From contig CP086569.2 of NCBI GenBank assembly GCA_009914755.4, forward strand, positions 1,600,001 through 1,664,000: a stretch of DNA of 64,000 bases. Direction: 5' to 3'. The position numbers and the translations under genes are program-made. This document shows positions 1-14,646 of the stretch, in pieces; the first letter of the stretch is position 1, and each line of letters opens with the position of its first letter. The stretch comes from the human T2T-CHM13v2.0 reference genome, Homo sapiens. The notes beneath the pieces were generated by a model. It ran no database searches. It was given only the letters and a program-made list of their open reading frames with translations, and was not told the DNA's origin.

Positions 1-1214
<1,214 letters not shown>

Positions 1215-1394
1215 TGTAGTTAACTTTCCTTCTCCAAAGCTCTTGGCAGAATTCCAGGTAACTTATTTTATCCTAATGAAATAGACGACATAGCCCTTTG
1301 ATGTTTGTATTGACTCCTGTCTCCCAGTGGAGAAAAATCACGAGGAAAAGAAAAGACAAAAATATTTACCCTTTAGGGTTCCCTTCATGTATCA

Positions 1395-1769
<375 letters not shown>

Positions 1770-2437
1770 TCAATCAGATGTTTCCAATGATAACGAAAAA
1801 GCGACATCCACTGTTCACCTCGTGTTCACTCACCAGCTCACTCAACCCAAAGCACCGTCGTTTCTCAGGACGCACCATCCCATCATTTTTCCCGTAATTT
1901 CTCCGGTTAGTGTTGATTCGTGCTGTTAACATGCAAACCCACCTTACGTTCCTGCTTTACGGTTATGAATTGCAGTCTCGCTGTTCTTGGAAGGGACTTC
2001 CAGCCTGGAAAGAAAAGGGAGGGGTAAGAGAGCATCTGTGGATCTTCCTGGCATATTCCTTCTCCTACAAGGTGAGCTCAAGAGCACAGAGCTTATCTCC
2101 ACACAAGCAAACTCCCACTCTTCCTGTCATTGAACATAAGGAAGAAACAGGATTCTCCTCTTTTCTCAGTTGCATAAGCAAATCCTTATGCAAACATCTG
2201 AAGAGACATCAGAGAATCTTTGCCCATGCCAGATGCCCTTCGGGGGACAGTCTGCGTCTGCTTTGCTTGGAGTAGCACAGGAGCTTGATGTGCCTGTGGA
2301 GAAGAGCATTGAGAGCTTGTTGGAAGGAAAATTGGTCCTGAAACTGCACAGGGCTACCCTAGGATTGGCTTATCAGGGGAGGCATATGTCCTGGTCCTGT
2401 AGGTCACAATCCTAGTGTTACTAAAAGGGCTCCCTCT

Positions 2438-2750
<313 letters not shown>

Positions 2751-2845
2751 GGGTCCCTCTCCAGACCCCAAGAGAGGGTTCTTGGACCTCAGGCAAGAAA
2801 GAATTTGGGGCAAGTCCCTAGACTAGAGTGAAAGCAAGTTTCTTA

Positions 2846-3179
<334 letters not shown>

Positions 3180-4389
3180 CTACTCCATCGCAGAGCAGCC
3201 CTGAGGGCTGCTGGTTGGATATTTTTGTGGTTGTTTCTTGATGGTATGGTAAACAAGGTGGATTATTGATGAGTTTTTCTGCACAGTGGAGGAGATTTCC
3301 CAGAGTGAAGGGTTCCTCCCCCTTTTAGACCATACAGGGTAACTTTGAGTCATGGCCATGGCATTTGTAAACTGTCCTGGCGCTGGTGGGAGTGTCTTTG
3401 AGCATGCTAACACGTTATAATTAGTGTATAAAGAGCAGTGAGGATGACCAGAGGTTGCTCTCTTTGCCATCTTGGATTTGGTGGGATTTGTCCGGCTTCT
3501 TTACTACAACCTGTTTAATCAGCAGGGTCTTTATGGCCTGTATCTTGTGCCGACCTCCTATCTCATCCTGTGACTTACAATGCCTAACCTCCTGGGAATG
3601 CAGCCCAGTACGTCTCAGCCTCATTTTACCCAGCTCTGTATTCAAGATACATTCACTCTGGTCCCAACGCCTCTGACACTACGTTCCAGGGATTACGGCA
3701 TGAACATACTGTTTTCAGGACCCTATCTAGCCCACCATGGTAAGGAAACACCCAACAAACATCATGCTTATTAAGTTTCCAGGCAGGTGCCTCTCTATCC
3801 CAGCTTCATTGTTGTGTTCTTTTCTTCACAAGTATTTTCAGAGCGCCCTTGGCCATCTGGAAGATGCATGGTGAAAGAAACGGATGCTTGCTCTCAGCAC
3901 ACACTTCCTTCCCTGACAGTTTGTCGCCTAGCAGCTATTTTGGCTTCCCAAGGGAAATCTTGTCCTTTGCCCTTGTGGGGCTTACTGCAAATCAACTCAT
4001 CATGAGGAAGATTAATCAGAGAAAAGACATACAATTTTTTTTTTTTAAACTGTGAGCATGAAGAGAATCACAGAGTATATACTCAATCTCCCAATGGGGG
4101 CAAAATACTTCTGTAACCTCCTTTCAGGTGGTGAGAGGGGACATGGGAATGTAGGTAATTCTGTTGAGCGGTAATAAGTGATGACTAGGAAGATTGAATG
4201 GATACTTGGGAGAATGAATAGGGGGAGGAAACAGAGATTGACTTATTAATGGTTCTCTTTGGAAATTAAATACTCCTTGGAGACCAGTCATTACTTTGTA
4301 AAAAAGTCTGTTTGAGCGGGCTTACATCTTAACGTTCTTTCCTGTAGTCAAGAAGAAGATCCCAGGGAGGGAGGGAAAGTGAATTGTAA

Positions 4390-4702
4390 TAATCCCGACA
4401 TGTTCAGGGAGGGACCCTGTGGGAGGTCATTGAATGATGGGGGGCAGGTGCTTCCTGTGTTGTTCTTATGATAGTGATTAAGTCTCACAGGATCTGATGG
4501 TTTTATAAAGCCAGGTTCCGCTGCACATGCCCTCTTGCCTGCCGCCATGGAAGATGTGCTTTTTCTCCTCCTTTGCCTTCCGCCATGATTGTGAGTCTTC
4601 CCCAGCCATGTGGAACTGTGAGTCCATTAAACCTGTTTCCTTTATACATTACCTAGTCTTGGATATGTCTTCATTAGCAGCGTGAGAACAGACTAATACA
4701 GA
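4390..4702 (+). mobile_element. MaLR-type LTR fragment (THE1/MST-like 3' portion)
   Basis: Contains gggaggtcattgaatgatgggggcagg ... ccatgattgtgagtcttccccagccatgtggaactgtgagtccattaaacc ... gagaacagactaataca, a hallmark of the THE1/MST family. The family name is recalled from memory. Confidence 0.55.
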
Positions 4703-5039
4703 ACGGAAAAAAAAAATGTTTTACTTGGTGGATGTCTCTGGTTTTTATGTCAATGGGGAAAAGTCCCTTCCAAGGTCTTTTAATCTTTAAGGGTTTTTAA
4801 TTTAAAATATTCGTTTTGCAAAGGAGCCATATTTTGGGGTGAAATTATCTGTACAGAGCCAGTAATTCATCACAGAGGAGATAATTCTGTTTTATCAGAG
4901 ACTGACCAAGAGCTATGTTGATCTTGTGAATTTGGGAGATTACCCTTTGCTCAGCTGATGTTCAAGGAAGGCAACGGCTTTGGGAAAAAGTTCAATATGT
5001 ATCCGTGAAACTGCTAACCTTTGGGAGTTACCGTAGTTT

Positions 5040-5463
5040 GGATATGGGTTATTTGTTCCCACCAAATGTCATGTTGAAATTTGATCTCCAGTGTTGGAGG
5101 TGGGGGTAGTGGGAGATGTTTGGGTCCTGAGGGTGGTTCCCTCCTGAATAGATTAATGCCCTCCCTCAGGGCTGAGTGAGTTCTCACTCTATCAATTCCC
5201 TCAAGAAATGCTTGTCAGAAGAGTCTGGCACCTCCAACCCGTCTCTCTTTCTTCCTGTGTCTCCGTGTGATCTCTACACACTGGCTCCCCTCTGCCTTCC
5301 GTCATGAGTGGAAGCTCCTTGAGGTCCTCAAGATCCTTCTTGAGAAGAAGATGCTGGTGCTAAGCTTCTTGTACAGCCTACAGAACTGTGAGCCAAATGA
5401 ACTACTTTATAAAATACCCAGCCTCAGGTGTTCCTTTCTGGCAACATAAAATGGACTAAGACA
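5040..5463 (+). mobile_element. MaLR-type LTR (near full length, diverged)
   Basis: Starts ggatatgggttatttgttcccaccaaatgtcatgttgaaattt and ends cagcctcaggtgttcc...aaatggactaagaca. Confidence 0.5.
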
Positions 5464-5504
5464 GGGCCCCATACTCATAGCTACCTTTTCATGTAGGGCT
5501 GAAA

Positions 5505-5725
5505 TGAGGAGAGGAGGACACAGACACACACAGATGGAAGACCCTGTGAGTTCTCAGGGAGAAGATGGCATCTACAAGCCAAGGAGAGAGGCTGCAGGAG
5601 GAAGCAGCCCTGCAATGCCTTGATCTCAGACTTCCAGCCTCCAGAACTCTGGGAAATAAATACCTATTGTTTAAACGACCTGGTCTGTGGTCCTTTGTAA
5701 TGGCGGCCTTAGCCAACTAATATAC
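5505..5725 (+). mobile_element. MaLR-type LTR 3' fragment
   Basis: gacacagacacacacag...cttccagcctccagaactctgggaaataaatacctattgtttaaacgacctggtctgtgg...aactaatata. Confidence 0.5.
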
Positions 5726-6149
5726 TCCTCAAAAGCCTGACACATATGCTCATTTGGAGATTTGGGAGATGTGCTTGGAAATGACATGATTGAAAGTCTA
5801 CCAGGCATTTCACATCAATCGTTCCGTCATCCTCTCCAAACCTCGGGGATGGCTTGTCTTTCTCTCTTGTAAAAATCACTTCTCCCTTCTGACCACATAA
5901 ATATTCCAGACAACAGACTCTTCGGAAACAAGTGCTCACACTTCGGTCCTCTGTTAACTCTCTTCCTAAAGACACCAGACACTGGGGGAGAGATCGGGGC
6001 TGGAGGGGTGACTGACCGACAAAAGCGAGACTGTAGGAGCAGAGACATGTCGGATGGGTTTTACAGGTTTCCTGGAGCAACAGCTCTTATTCTGGGCTCC
6101 TGGGGTTGCCAACTGCCTGTTATGGGCCAAATTGTGTCCGTCTCCAATT

Positions 6150-6990
6150 TTATACATGGAAGTCTTGATCCCCAGGACTTCAGACTGTGACTGTGTTTGG
6201 AGATGGGGTCTTTAAAGAGGTGATTAAGGCACAATGAGGTTATTAGGGTGAGCCCTGCTCCTATAGCTATGGTATCTTTACAAGAAAAGGAGATGAGGAC
6301 ACAAACACACACAGAGGGATGACCCTGTGAGGACACAGGGAGAAGACAGTGTCTCCAAGCCCAGGAGAGAGGCCTCAGGAGGAACCAGCCCTGCCCACAC
6401 CTGGATCTCAGACTTCCAGCCTCTAGGACTGTGGGAGAATCAATGTCTGTTGTTTATAAGCCACCGAGTCTATGATATTCTGTGATAGCAGCCTGAAATG
6501 GACTAAGACATCCCATAAGAAGAAGAGACGAGGACACAGACACACACACAGGGATGACCCTGTGAGGACACAGGGAGAAGACAGTGTCTCCAAGCCCAGG
6601 AGAGAGGCCTCAGGAGGAACCAGCCCTGCCCTCACCTGGATCTGGGACTTCCAGCCTCCAAGACTTGGGAGAATCAATGTCTGTTGTTTATAAGCCACTA
6701 AGTCTATGGTATTCTGTGCTAGCAGCCTGAAATGGACTAAGACATCCCATAAGCAGAGGAGATGAAGATTCAGACGCACACAGAGGGACGACCCTGTGAG
6801 AACACAGGGAGAAGACAGTGTCTACAACCCCAGGAGAGACGCCTCAGGAGGAACCAGCCCTGCCCACACCTTGATCTCAGATTTCTAGCCTCCAGGACTG
6901 TGGGAAATAAGTATATATTGTTTAAGTCACCCAGTCTGTGGTGATTTGTTATGGAGGCTTTAGCCAAGTAATATACTCCTCAAAACCCTA
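6150..6990 (+). repeat. Three tandem copies (~245-bp period) of the 3' half of a MaLR-type LTR
   Basis: 'ggactaagacatcccataag' recurs at ~6491 and ~6736. Each unit is ...gacacagggagaagacagtgtct...cttccagcctc[ct]a[ga]gact[gt]tgggagaatcaatgtctgttgtttataagccac... Confidence 0.7.
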
Positions 6991-7795
6991 TTTCTATTGG
7001 GAGATTTCTATTGGAAGGAAGATTCAGAGTGCAAATTTGTAGTATCCCTGCTGATCTATCTCCTAAATGAAACACATCATTCCCAAGCACTTGTCTTTGT
7101 GCGAAGATCCATTTTGCAACCAACCATATATAATGTGTGAGGCCTTTTCACAAGACTGGCTTAATTAAAAATTCACATCCTCCTGACATCTTAAATATAA
7201 GAGCAGTAAGATATGCAGCTTTAACAGTTTGTAGTGGCTGGGATTTTGAGGAGGGATGTTTTGTCGTTAGCTTGGGAAAATAGGTTCTACTGACATCTGT
7301 TCAGCTTAGCTATTATTGTTCTTTTTTGTTACAGAAGTAAAACGGGGAATTTTTTAGAAACACGTCGATTACCTTTGATTTTGTGTCATATACAGAAGGG
7401 AATGTTTTTATTCCTGCAAACCCCATAAAAGCCAGTGATGCATTTTCATAGCCCTCTCTTGGCAGAAAACTGCCTTTGAAATTTCTGGATCAAGAACGTA
7501 TTATTTTCTGATGGCTTTTTTTTTTTTTTTTTCTGGTGATGTATCTCAAAAGCTTCAACTTTTCCCCTCCTGTTAGCAGAATACAGGTGAGTAGTAAAGT
7601 ACGAACCATTTTTTATTTTCTTCTTACAGTAGAATTTTTTCATCGCTTACAAATATAGGTGCCCCTGGCTTCAGAGAATCACACTTTTCCATGCCACTAA
7701 ATTCAGACACCACCAAGGACTGTGAATTTGAGCAGAAGTGAGGTGTGTCACTTCCTCCCAGAAGCCTGGGTCGTGGTTGCCCTTGGAGAACATAA

Positions 7796-8452
7796 TTTTT
7801 TGAAAATATTTATTTTACTTTAAGTTCTGGGATACATCTGCAGAACGTGCAGGTTTGTTATACTGGTGTACATGTGCCATGATGGTTTCCTGCACCTATC
7901 AACCCATCATCTAGGTTTTAAGCCCCACGTGCGTTAGGTATTTGTCCTAATGTTCTCCCTCCCCTCACCCTCAACCCCCTGACAGGCCCTGGTGTATGAT
8001 GTTCCCCTCCCTGTGTCCATGTGATCTCATTGTTCAACTCCTACTTATGAGTGAGAACATGTGGTGTTTGGTTTTCTGTGTCTGTGTTAGTTTGCTGAGA
8101 ATGATGGCTTCCAGCTTCATCCATGTCCTTGCAAAGGACATGAACTCATTCTTTTTTATGGCTGCTTAGTAATTCATAGTATATATGTGCCACATTTTCT
8201 TTATCCAGTCTATCATTGATGGGCATTTGGGTTGGTTCACTGTTTTTGCTATTGTAAATAGTGCTGCAATAAACATACGTGTGCATGTGTCTTTATGGCA
8301 GAATGATTTACAATACTTTGGGTATTTGCGCAGTAATGGGATTGCTGGGTCAAATGGCATTTCTGGTTCTAGATCCTTGAAGAATTGCCCCACTGTCTTC
8401 CACAATGGTTGAACTAATTTACACTCAACAGTGTAAAAGCGTTCCTATTTGG
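7796..8452 (-). mobile_element. L1 3'-terminal fragment (L1PA-like), 5'-truncated
   Basis: This is the reverse complement of the L1 3' end: tttattttactttaagttctgggatacat..gcagaacgtgcaggtttgtta...gtgagaacatgtggtgtttggttttctg...caataaacatacgtgtgcatgtgtctttat. Confidence 0.85.
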
Positions 8453-9212
8453 AGAACATCTTTTGTTCTCTCTCTCCCTCCCTGAGAGTGGAAGTATTCC
8501 AGAACAGGGCTGCTTTATCCCCCTGGGTCCTAGTCTTAAGATGACAAATAGTGAAGCCCCCATTGGTGAGCAGGTGGTATGGGTGAGAAACAGACTTTGG
8601 TGATGTTAGCTGCTGAGATTCTGGGATTGTTTGTTATAGCAGCATCACCTGGTCTGTCCTGACTAATACACATATTGACAATTTACTTTTCATCGAATTA
8701 CTTTGTTGAGCTGTGTGTTAATAGAATGAAAATGCTGCTTTGTGCAAAAAACACTAGCTAATAATATAGACCCTTAGTTCCACGAGCATTTTCTACCTTG
8801 TATTCCTTGGTGCAAGGACTTAACAAATCATTTGGCACTTGTACAAGAGCATTCATATAAAGAGGCAGCAGCTTAATTTTGCTTGTTTCCCAAGCAATGT
8901 GTTCAGGGAGGTCTAGACACAGAGTGGACAGATGAAGGAAAATGACCCAATGAAGACATTTTCCAGGACATGTTCCCTGGCTGTGCTGTAGGGGTGACCA
9001 CATTTTAGTCTAGTAAGGTTAAAGATCAGAGCTGAATACTGCTGAAACTTGAGCGTCCTAAAAATTCCCTGTTAAAGGTATCCCATGGAGAGATCCAGGT
9101 CTCACTACATGATTTGAAAATGGTCTTATTTGGAGGAATCAAATTAATCAGCTCACAACAAGATGCTTGTATACTTGTGGTGTTGAGACCTCAGTGATGG
9201 ATACCTTTTTGT

Positions 9213-9652
9213 TTTTTCTTTGAGACAGAGTCTTCCTCTGCTGCCCATGCTGAAGCGCAGTGGCAATCACATAGCTCACAGCCCCCTTGAACTCCTGGGC
9301 TCAAGATATCCCCTCAACTCAGCCTTCTGAGTAGCTGGAACCACAGCTCTGTGCCACCACAGCTGGCTGATATTGTAATGCTGAGATCTTCATCTGTACA
9401 AAAAAAATAAAAAATAGCCAGGTGTAATGGTGCACACTTGTAGTCCCAGCTACTTTGAAGGCTGAGGTGGGAGGATTGTTTGAGCCTAGGAGTTTGAGGC
9501 TACAGGGAGCCATGATTGCACCCACTGCACTCCAGCCTGAGCAACACAGTGATGTTGCCCAGGCTGGCCTTGAACTCCTGACCTCAAGCAATCCTCCCAC
9601 CTTGGCCTCCCAAATTGCTGGGATTACAGGTGTGGGCCATCGCACTCAGCCG
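9213..9652 (-). mobile_element. Composite Alu: an Alu(-) interrupted at its linker by an Alu(+) right-arm fragment (9416-9552)
   Basis: Antisense Alu halves lie at 9213-9372 and 9553-9652. A sense-orientation right arm lies between them (agccaggtgtaatggtgcacacttgtagtcccagctac...cactgcactccagcctgagcaacacagtga). Confidence 0.7.
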
Positions 9653-11568
9653 GTGTTGAATACTTTCCGATGGCAGGTTGAGAAGACATGACTGGTAGAA
9701 GAAAAATGTTCCTAGGGCCAACCACATGGGGGCAGACTTTGTTGGGGCACCATGGCAACAGTTCCCAGTGGCAGGACCTGACGTTTCAGGAGCTAGGGAA
9801 AAGGGAGGCCATGGAATACAGGTTGAGACGTGGTAAGGACAGTCCCAAATGTTGCCTACCCCAGTTTTGTTCAGCAAAAGTCTCAGTCGTTGATTCCTTT
9901 TGTGGGCTGAAGGTATAATTCGGCTTTTTCTGCCCAATATGATGTTTGTGAGATTCATCCATATCATCCAGATGTAGGAGCCTCCTGGATTTGGAGCCTC
10001 CTGGATTTTACAGCTCAGGGTACCTTGGGGAACTGGAGGCAGAGCTTACTCTTGTTAATAACTAAAATCATAACAGTGATAGTTGACATTTACCCAGCTC
10101 TTGCAGTGTCTAAGGGGCTATCCCAAGAGCTTCCTTTATGTGCGTTGCCTCGTTTAATTTTACAGCCTTCTCATCATGGTTACACCATTATTATCTGAAG
10201 TTACAGGTGCACCAACTGAGACCTAGAGGGTTTCAGGACTAGCTGTGCATGCCTGGAAAAGTTTATGACAGTTCTGGGTTTGCAGCTTCAGTCAGTGTGG
10301 CTGAGAGCTTGTAATCACCAGGCTTCTGCCCACAGGAAGCAAGCAGGGTGAGGATGGACTGGGTTCCTGGTTATCTTGATTCTGATTCTTTGATAGTAAT
10401 TAGACACACATGTAGCTGAGGTGCCATCAGCCCTGTTGTTTCCTGAGGTAGCTTTGATGCTGATGGTAGGGTCGGCTTTTCAACTGTGACTTTGCAGCCC
10501 TTGGAATAAATTTCATTGTAGGAAGCACTGAGTCACCATCTTCAAAGCAGGCAGCAAAGACCTTCAGAGCTGCTCCAGGGAACGCAGACAGCTCAGCTAA
10601 GTTTGTTTACCTTCTGGAAATGTCAGATTTGGAGGTTCATTGCATTTGTCAGGGGAGCAACGTGCCTCTGTTGACATCGCCTCACCCTGCCGTGCAGCTA
10701 TGCTTCTCTTCTCTGCTCCTGAAGGTCTCAGACAGCCAGGCTGCAGTCCAAGTGTCACCCCTTAATTTCAGCAGGCAGGCTGTTCTCCCGTGTCAGGGAA
10801 CAACCTGAGTTTCAGAAAAGTGTCAATTTTGTGCTGCCGAGGAAGAATTTGGGCTTAGGCAAATGGTAAGGTCATAGCAGATGCAAGCCCCAAATTTAGT
10901 TCCGAATCGTGTTTTAATTATGATTTCAGGCAAATGTAACACATTGAAATATGTGACAAGTATAAATGTAGTCATACCACCTACATTGGGGAATGACTTG
11001 TCCTGCAGCATTTTGGGGTGGGGAAGAGGGAAATTCCCAACATTGTGTTAAAATAATATCCTACATAAGAATACAGAATTAATCAACTGAAATGCTAGAT
11101 TTGTTTTGGTTTTACTCCAAAGACTAGTTAGACATACTCATGACACAAGAGTCACATAGTCTACTTTTGAGACTTAAAGAGAGAAACTAGAAGCTCAGAA
11201 AGCAGACTTTGGCGTTAAGCACTGGGTAAGTGGGAAGAACAGGGAGAAGAATGAGTTTCTATCCTTCATCCGTCTTTGTTCTGCTGCCTGTAAGCCCAGT
11301 TCATCTGTTGTTGTTGTTTTTTTCCCAAGGGGATCCGGTACCGAATGCAGCATCTACCAACCACAGGCACTGGATGTAACTATGCTTTGGTGAGCTTTCT
11401 TCTTGGGAAAACATGAAGAAATCACAGGCATTATTACTGTGTCTGTGAGTGTTGCTGGCAGGGCTGGCGGTCTCTGTTTTAATTCGCTTAATTGTGCACT
11501 AAAGCTTATCTTTTCCTTGCTGGTGCTTGTCCTTAGTTTATCACGCGAGGGAATTAAGATTCATTGGT

Positions 11569-11870
11569 TGGCCGGGTGCGGTGGCTCATGCCTGTAATCC
11601 CAGTACTTTGGGAGGCCGAGGCAGGCGGATCACGAGGTCAGGAGATCGAGACCATCCTTGCTAACACGGTGAAACCCCGTCTCTACTAAAAATACAAAAA
11701 TTAGCTGGGCATGGTGGTGGGAGCCTGTAGTCCCAGCTACTCAGGAGGCTGAGACAGGAGAATGGCGTGAACCGGGGAAGGCAGAGCTTGCAGTGAGCTA
11801 AGATTGCACCACTGCACTCCAGCCTGGGCAACAGAGCAAGACTCCATCTCAAAAAAAAAAAAAAAAAAAA
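11569..11870 (+). mobile_element. Alu (AluS/Y-like, long A-tail)
   Basis: GGCCGGGTGCGGTGGCTCATGCCTGTAATCCCAGTACTTTGGGAGGCCGAGGCAGGCGGATCACGAGGTCAGGAGATCGAGACCATCC...(A)22. Confidence 0.92.
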
Positions 11871-12169
11871 TTCATAGGTAAGGAATGCGTGGAGGGCTCT
11901 TTTATAACGTATCAATGCACAGCATAGATGGAAAGCATTCTTAGATCAAAAGAGCATGCCCAGGTTATTTCCCCAAATGAAACTACCCATAAACAGACTG
12001 AGATCCAGATGGTGACTCACCACTAGCAGCTCCCTGGAGAGCTCCACACACGCCTGCTGACAGTCACCATCCCTCTGCTGCCATCACGGTCTTCTAACGT
12101 TGCTGGTAGTTTTGAACATTTTCATACTTCATGCAAATACATCATATAGAGTAGGTGATTTTGGGGGTT

Positions 12170-12470
12170 CAGGGTATAATTCAGCCTTTTCTGCCTAAGA
12201 TGATGTTTGTGAGATTCATCCATGTCATGGCGTGTCAATATAGCTGTTTCATTGTCAACGACGTTTAGCATTTTCTTGGGTCAACACATCGAGACTTATT
12301 GATCCACTCTGCTGCTGATGGGCATTTCAGAAGTTTCCCATTTGCAGATACTGTCAATCAGGTACCTGGGAGCACTCTCGTCCATAGCATTTGTGACATA
12401 TCTGTGGCTTGCTAGGGAATTTCTACCCGGGGTGGACTTAGCACACCGGGGTCTGGAGGACTATTTTGAA
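12170..12470 (-). mobile_element. Ancient L1 (L1M-like) 3' fragment; a ~70-bp paralogous piece lies at 9893-9965
   Basis: ggtataattcagccttttctgcctaagatgatgtttgtgagattcatccatgtcat... resembles antisense L1M (ttcatccatgttgtagcatgtatcag...). Weak, from memory. Confidence 0.35.
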
Positions 12471-12847
12471 AAGAATGCTGGAAATTCGGTGAAAAGAGGG
12501 AGTGACTGATGACAAAAATCCTCCTATGGCAAAGAAGGTGGTAGTGGGCAGAATCTTCTACAGAGATCATCTCACTCTTCATGCACATCCCCACTAAACT
12601 TAGGAGAAACTTGAAAAGGGAAGAAATCTTTGCCCAAGGTCACTGTTGGTAAAAACCTAAGATCCTTCCTCCTTCCCTGGATGGCTTGTATTCTAACAGA
12701 AGCTCAGATAAATTCTGAAGTAAAGGGTTGGTATTTGATTGAAACCGATTTTGACATGATTTGTGAGTTTTTAAACCTTCCCAGGGGCATTCATTACCTT
12801 AAAATTCTAAAAGAAATTCAGGGCCATCTTAAAAGAGCTGATGGTTA

Positions 12848-13272
12848 TAGACAAATCAGGCCATCTAGCAGAAGCATGAAAGAATGGATGTAAAATGAAA
12901 CTCACCTATAGACAAATCAGACCCTCTAGCAGAAGCATGAAATAATGGATGTAAAATGAAACTCACCTATAGACAAATCAGGCCCTCTAGCAGAAGCATG
13001 AAAGAATGGATGTAAAAATGAAACTCACCTATAGACAAATCAGACCCTCTAGCAGAAACAGGAAAGAATGGATGTAAAATGAAACTCACCTATAGACAAA
13101 TCAGGCCATCTAGCAGAAGCATGAAAGAATGGATGTAAAAATGAAACTCACCTATAGACAAATCAGGCCCTCTAGCAGAAGCAGGAAATAATGGATGTAA
13201 AATGAAACTCACCTATAGACAAATCAGGCCATCTAGCAGAAGCATGATAGAGGATGTAAAATGAAACTCACC
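12848..13272. repeat. Minisatellite, 60-61-bp unit x ~7
   Basis: The unit tagacaaatcaggccatctagcagaagcatgaaagaatggatgtaaaatgaaactcacc is repeated head-to-tail with point variants. Confidence 0.92.
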
Positions 13273-13294
13273 GTGGCATACTGGAACACTCACT

Positions 13295-13680
13295 ATCTTA
13301 GTCTGTTTTTTGTTGCTATGACCGAATACCTAAGACTCGGTAATTTGTAACGAAAAGAAATATACTTATGACAGTTCTGGAGGCTGGGAAGTCCAACAAT
13401 GAGGAGCTGCATCTGGTGAGGACCTTCTTGCTAGTGGGGACTCTCTCTGGAGAGTTTTGAGATGGGGCAGGCCTCCGAGAAAAACAACCTGGCTTTTGAT
13501 CACAGACCTGCTCTTCTGATAACTAACCCACACCTTAGATAACTTATTAATTGATTAATTCATGAAGGGATTAATCCATTCACGAGGGCAGAGCCTCATC
13601 TAAACACTCTTACATTGGGGGACCCAGCCTCAACATGACTTTTGGTAAGGGCAAACCGTATTCTAACCATAGCACTTACA
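13295..13680 (-). mobile_element. MaLR-type LTR (antisense)
   Basis: tcttagtctgttttttgttgctatgaccgaatacctaagactcggtaatttgtaacgaaaag...gttctggaggctgggaagtcc...ctaaccatagca is the reverse complement of the tgatatgg... start. Confidence 0.55.
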
Positions 13681-13962
13681 AACCATCTGCTTATGTTGAA
13701 TTAAATTTAGGTGGTTGAATACACACTCAGAGCTGTGACTCTTCGGTTTGATTTATCTCAGAAAGCTCTCAAAGTCCTCATGCTCTACTGAGCCCTCTCA
13801 GTATAGGTGGCATTTGCTACATAGCTGGACACTGAAGTTGGCAGCTGAACTTGGCTAGCAACAGGAGAGACTGATGGGTTAGAGTCGTTATGAATTAGTA
13901 CTATTTTACATTTGTTAGAAAAAAATTGCAAAACTGAACTATTATTATTAATCTTATCATTA

Positions 13963-14040
13963 TTTTGAGAGGGGGTCCTGCTCTATTGCTCAGGCTGGAG
14001 TACAGTGGTGCAATCGTAGTTCACTGCAGCCTCAAACTCC
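13963..14040 (-). mobile_element. Alu 5'-terminal fragment (antisense), abutting a minisatellite
   Basis: tgagagggggtcctgctctattgctcaggctggagtacagtggtgcaatcgtagttcactgcagcctcaaactcc. Confidence 0.75.
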
Positions 14041-14646
14041 ATACTGCAGCTCTGACCATACCACGGCTCCGACCACAGCACAGCTCTGACTATACCCCAG
14101 CTCTGACTTTACTGTAGATTGGACTATACTGCAGCTGAGACCATATTGCAGCTCCTGCCACAGCACAGCTCCAATCATACCGCAGCTCTGACTGTACGGC
14201 AGCTCTCAGCATAGCACAGCTCTGACTACACCGCAACTGTGACCATACCTCAGCTCTGACCATAGCACAGATCTGGCCATAGCACAGCTCTGACTCTACC
14301 GTAGCTCTCACTATGCTGTAGATCTCGCTATCCTGGAGCTCTAATCATACCACAGCTCTGAGCATAGCACAGCTTTGAGCGTATCTCAGCTCTGACTGTA
14401 CTGCAGCTGTGATCATACCGCAACTCTGACCATATCTCAGCTCTGACCATAGTGCAGGTCTGATTGTGCCACAGCTCTGACCCTACTGTAGATCCGACTA
14501 CACTTCAGCTGTAACCATCCTGCAGCTCTGTGCAGACCTTACATCTGATCTTGCTTCAGCTTTGACCATCCTGCAGCTCTGACCAGACCCCACGCAGTGC
14601 TGATCTCACTGCACATCTGACTGCTGCAGCTCTAACCATGCCGCAG
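14040..14646. repeat. Minisatellite, 17-bp unit (CTCTGACCATAGCACAG-like) x ~35
   Basis: Strict 17-bp periodicity: ...cagctctgaccataccg cagctctgactgtacgg cagctctcagcatagca... with degenerate variants. Confidence 0.92.
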
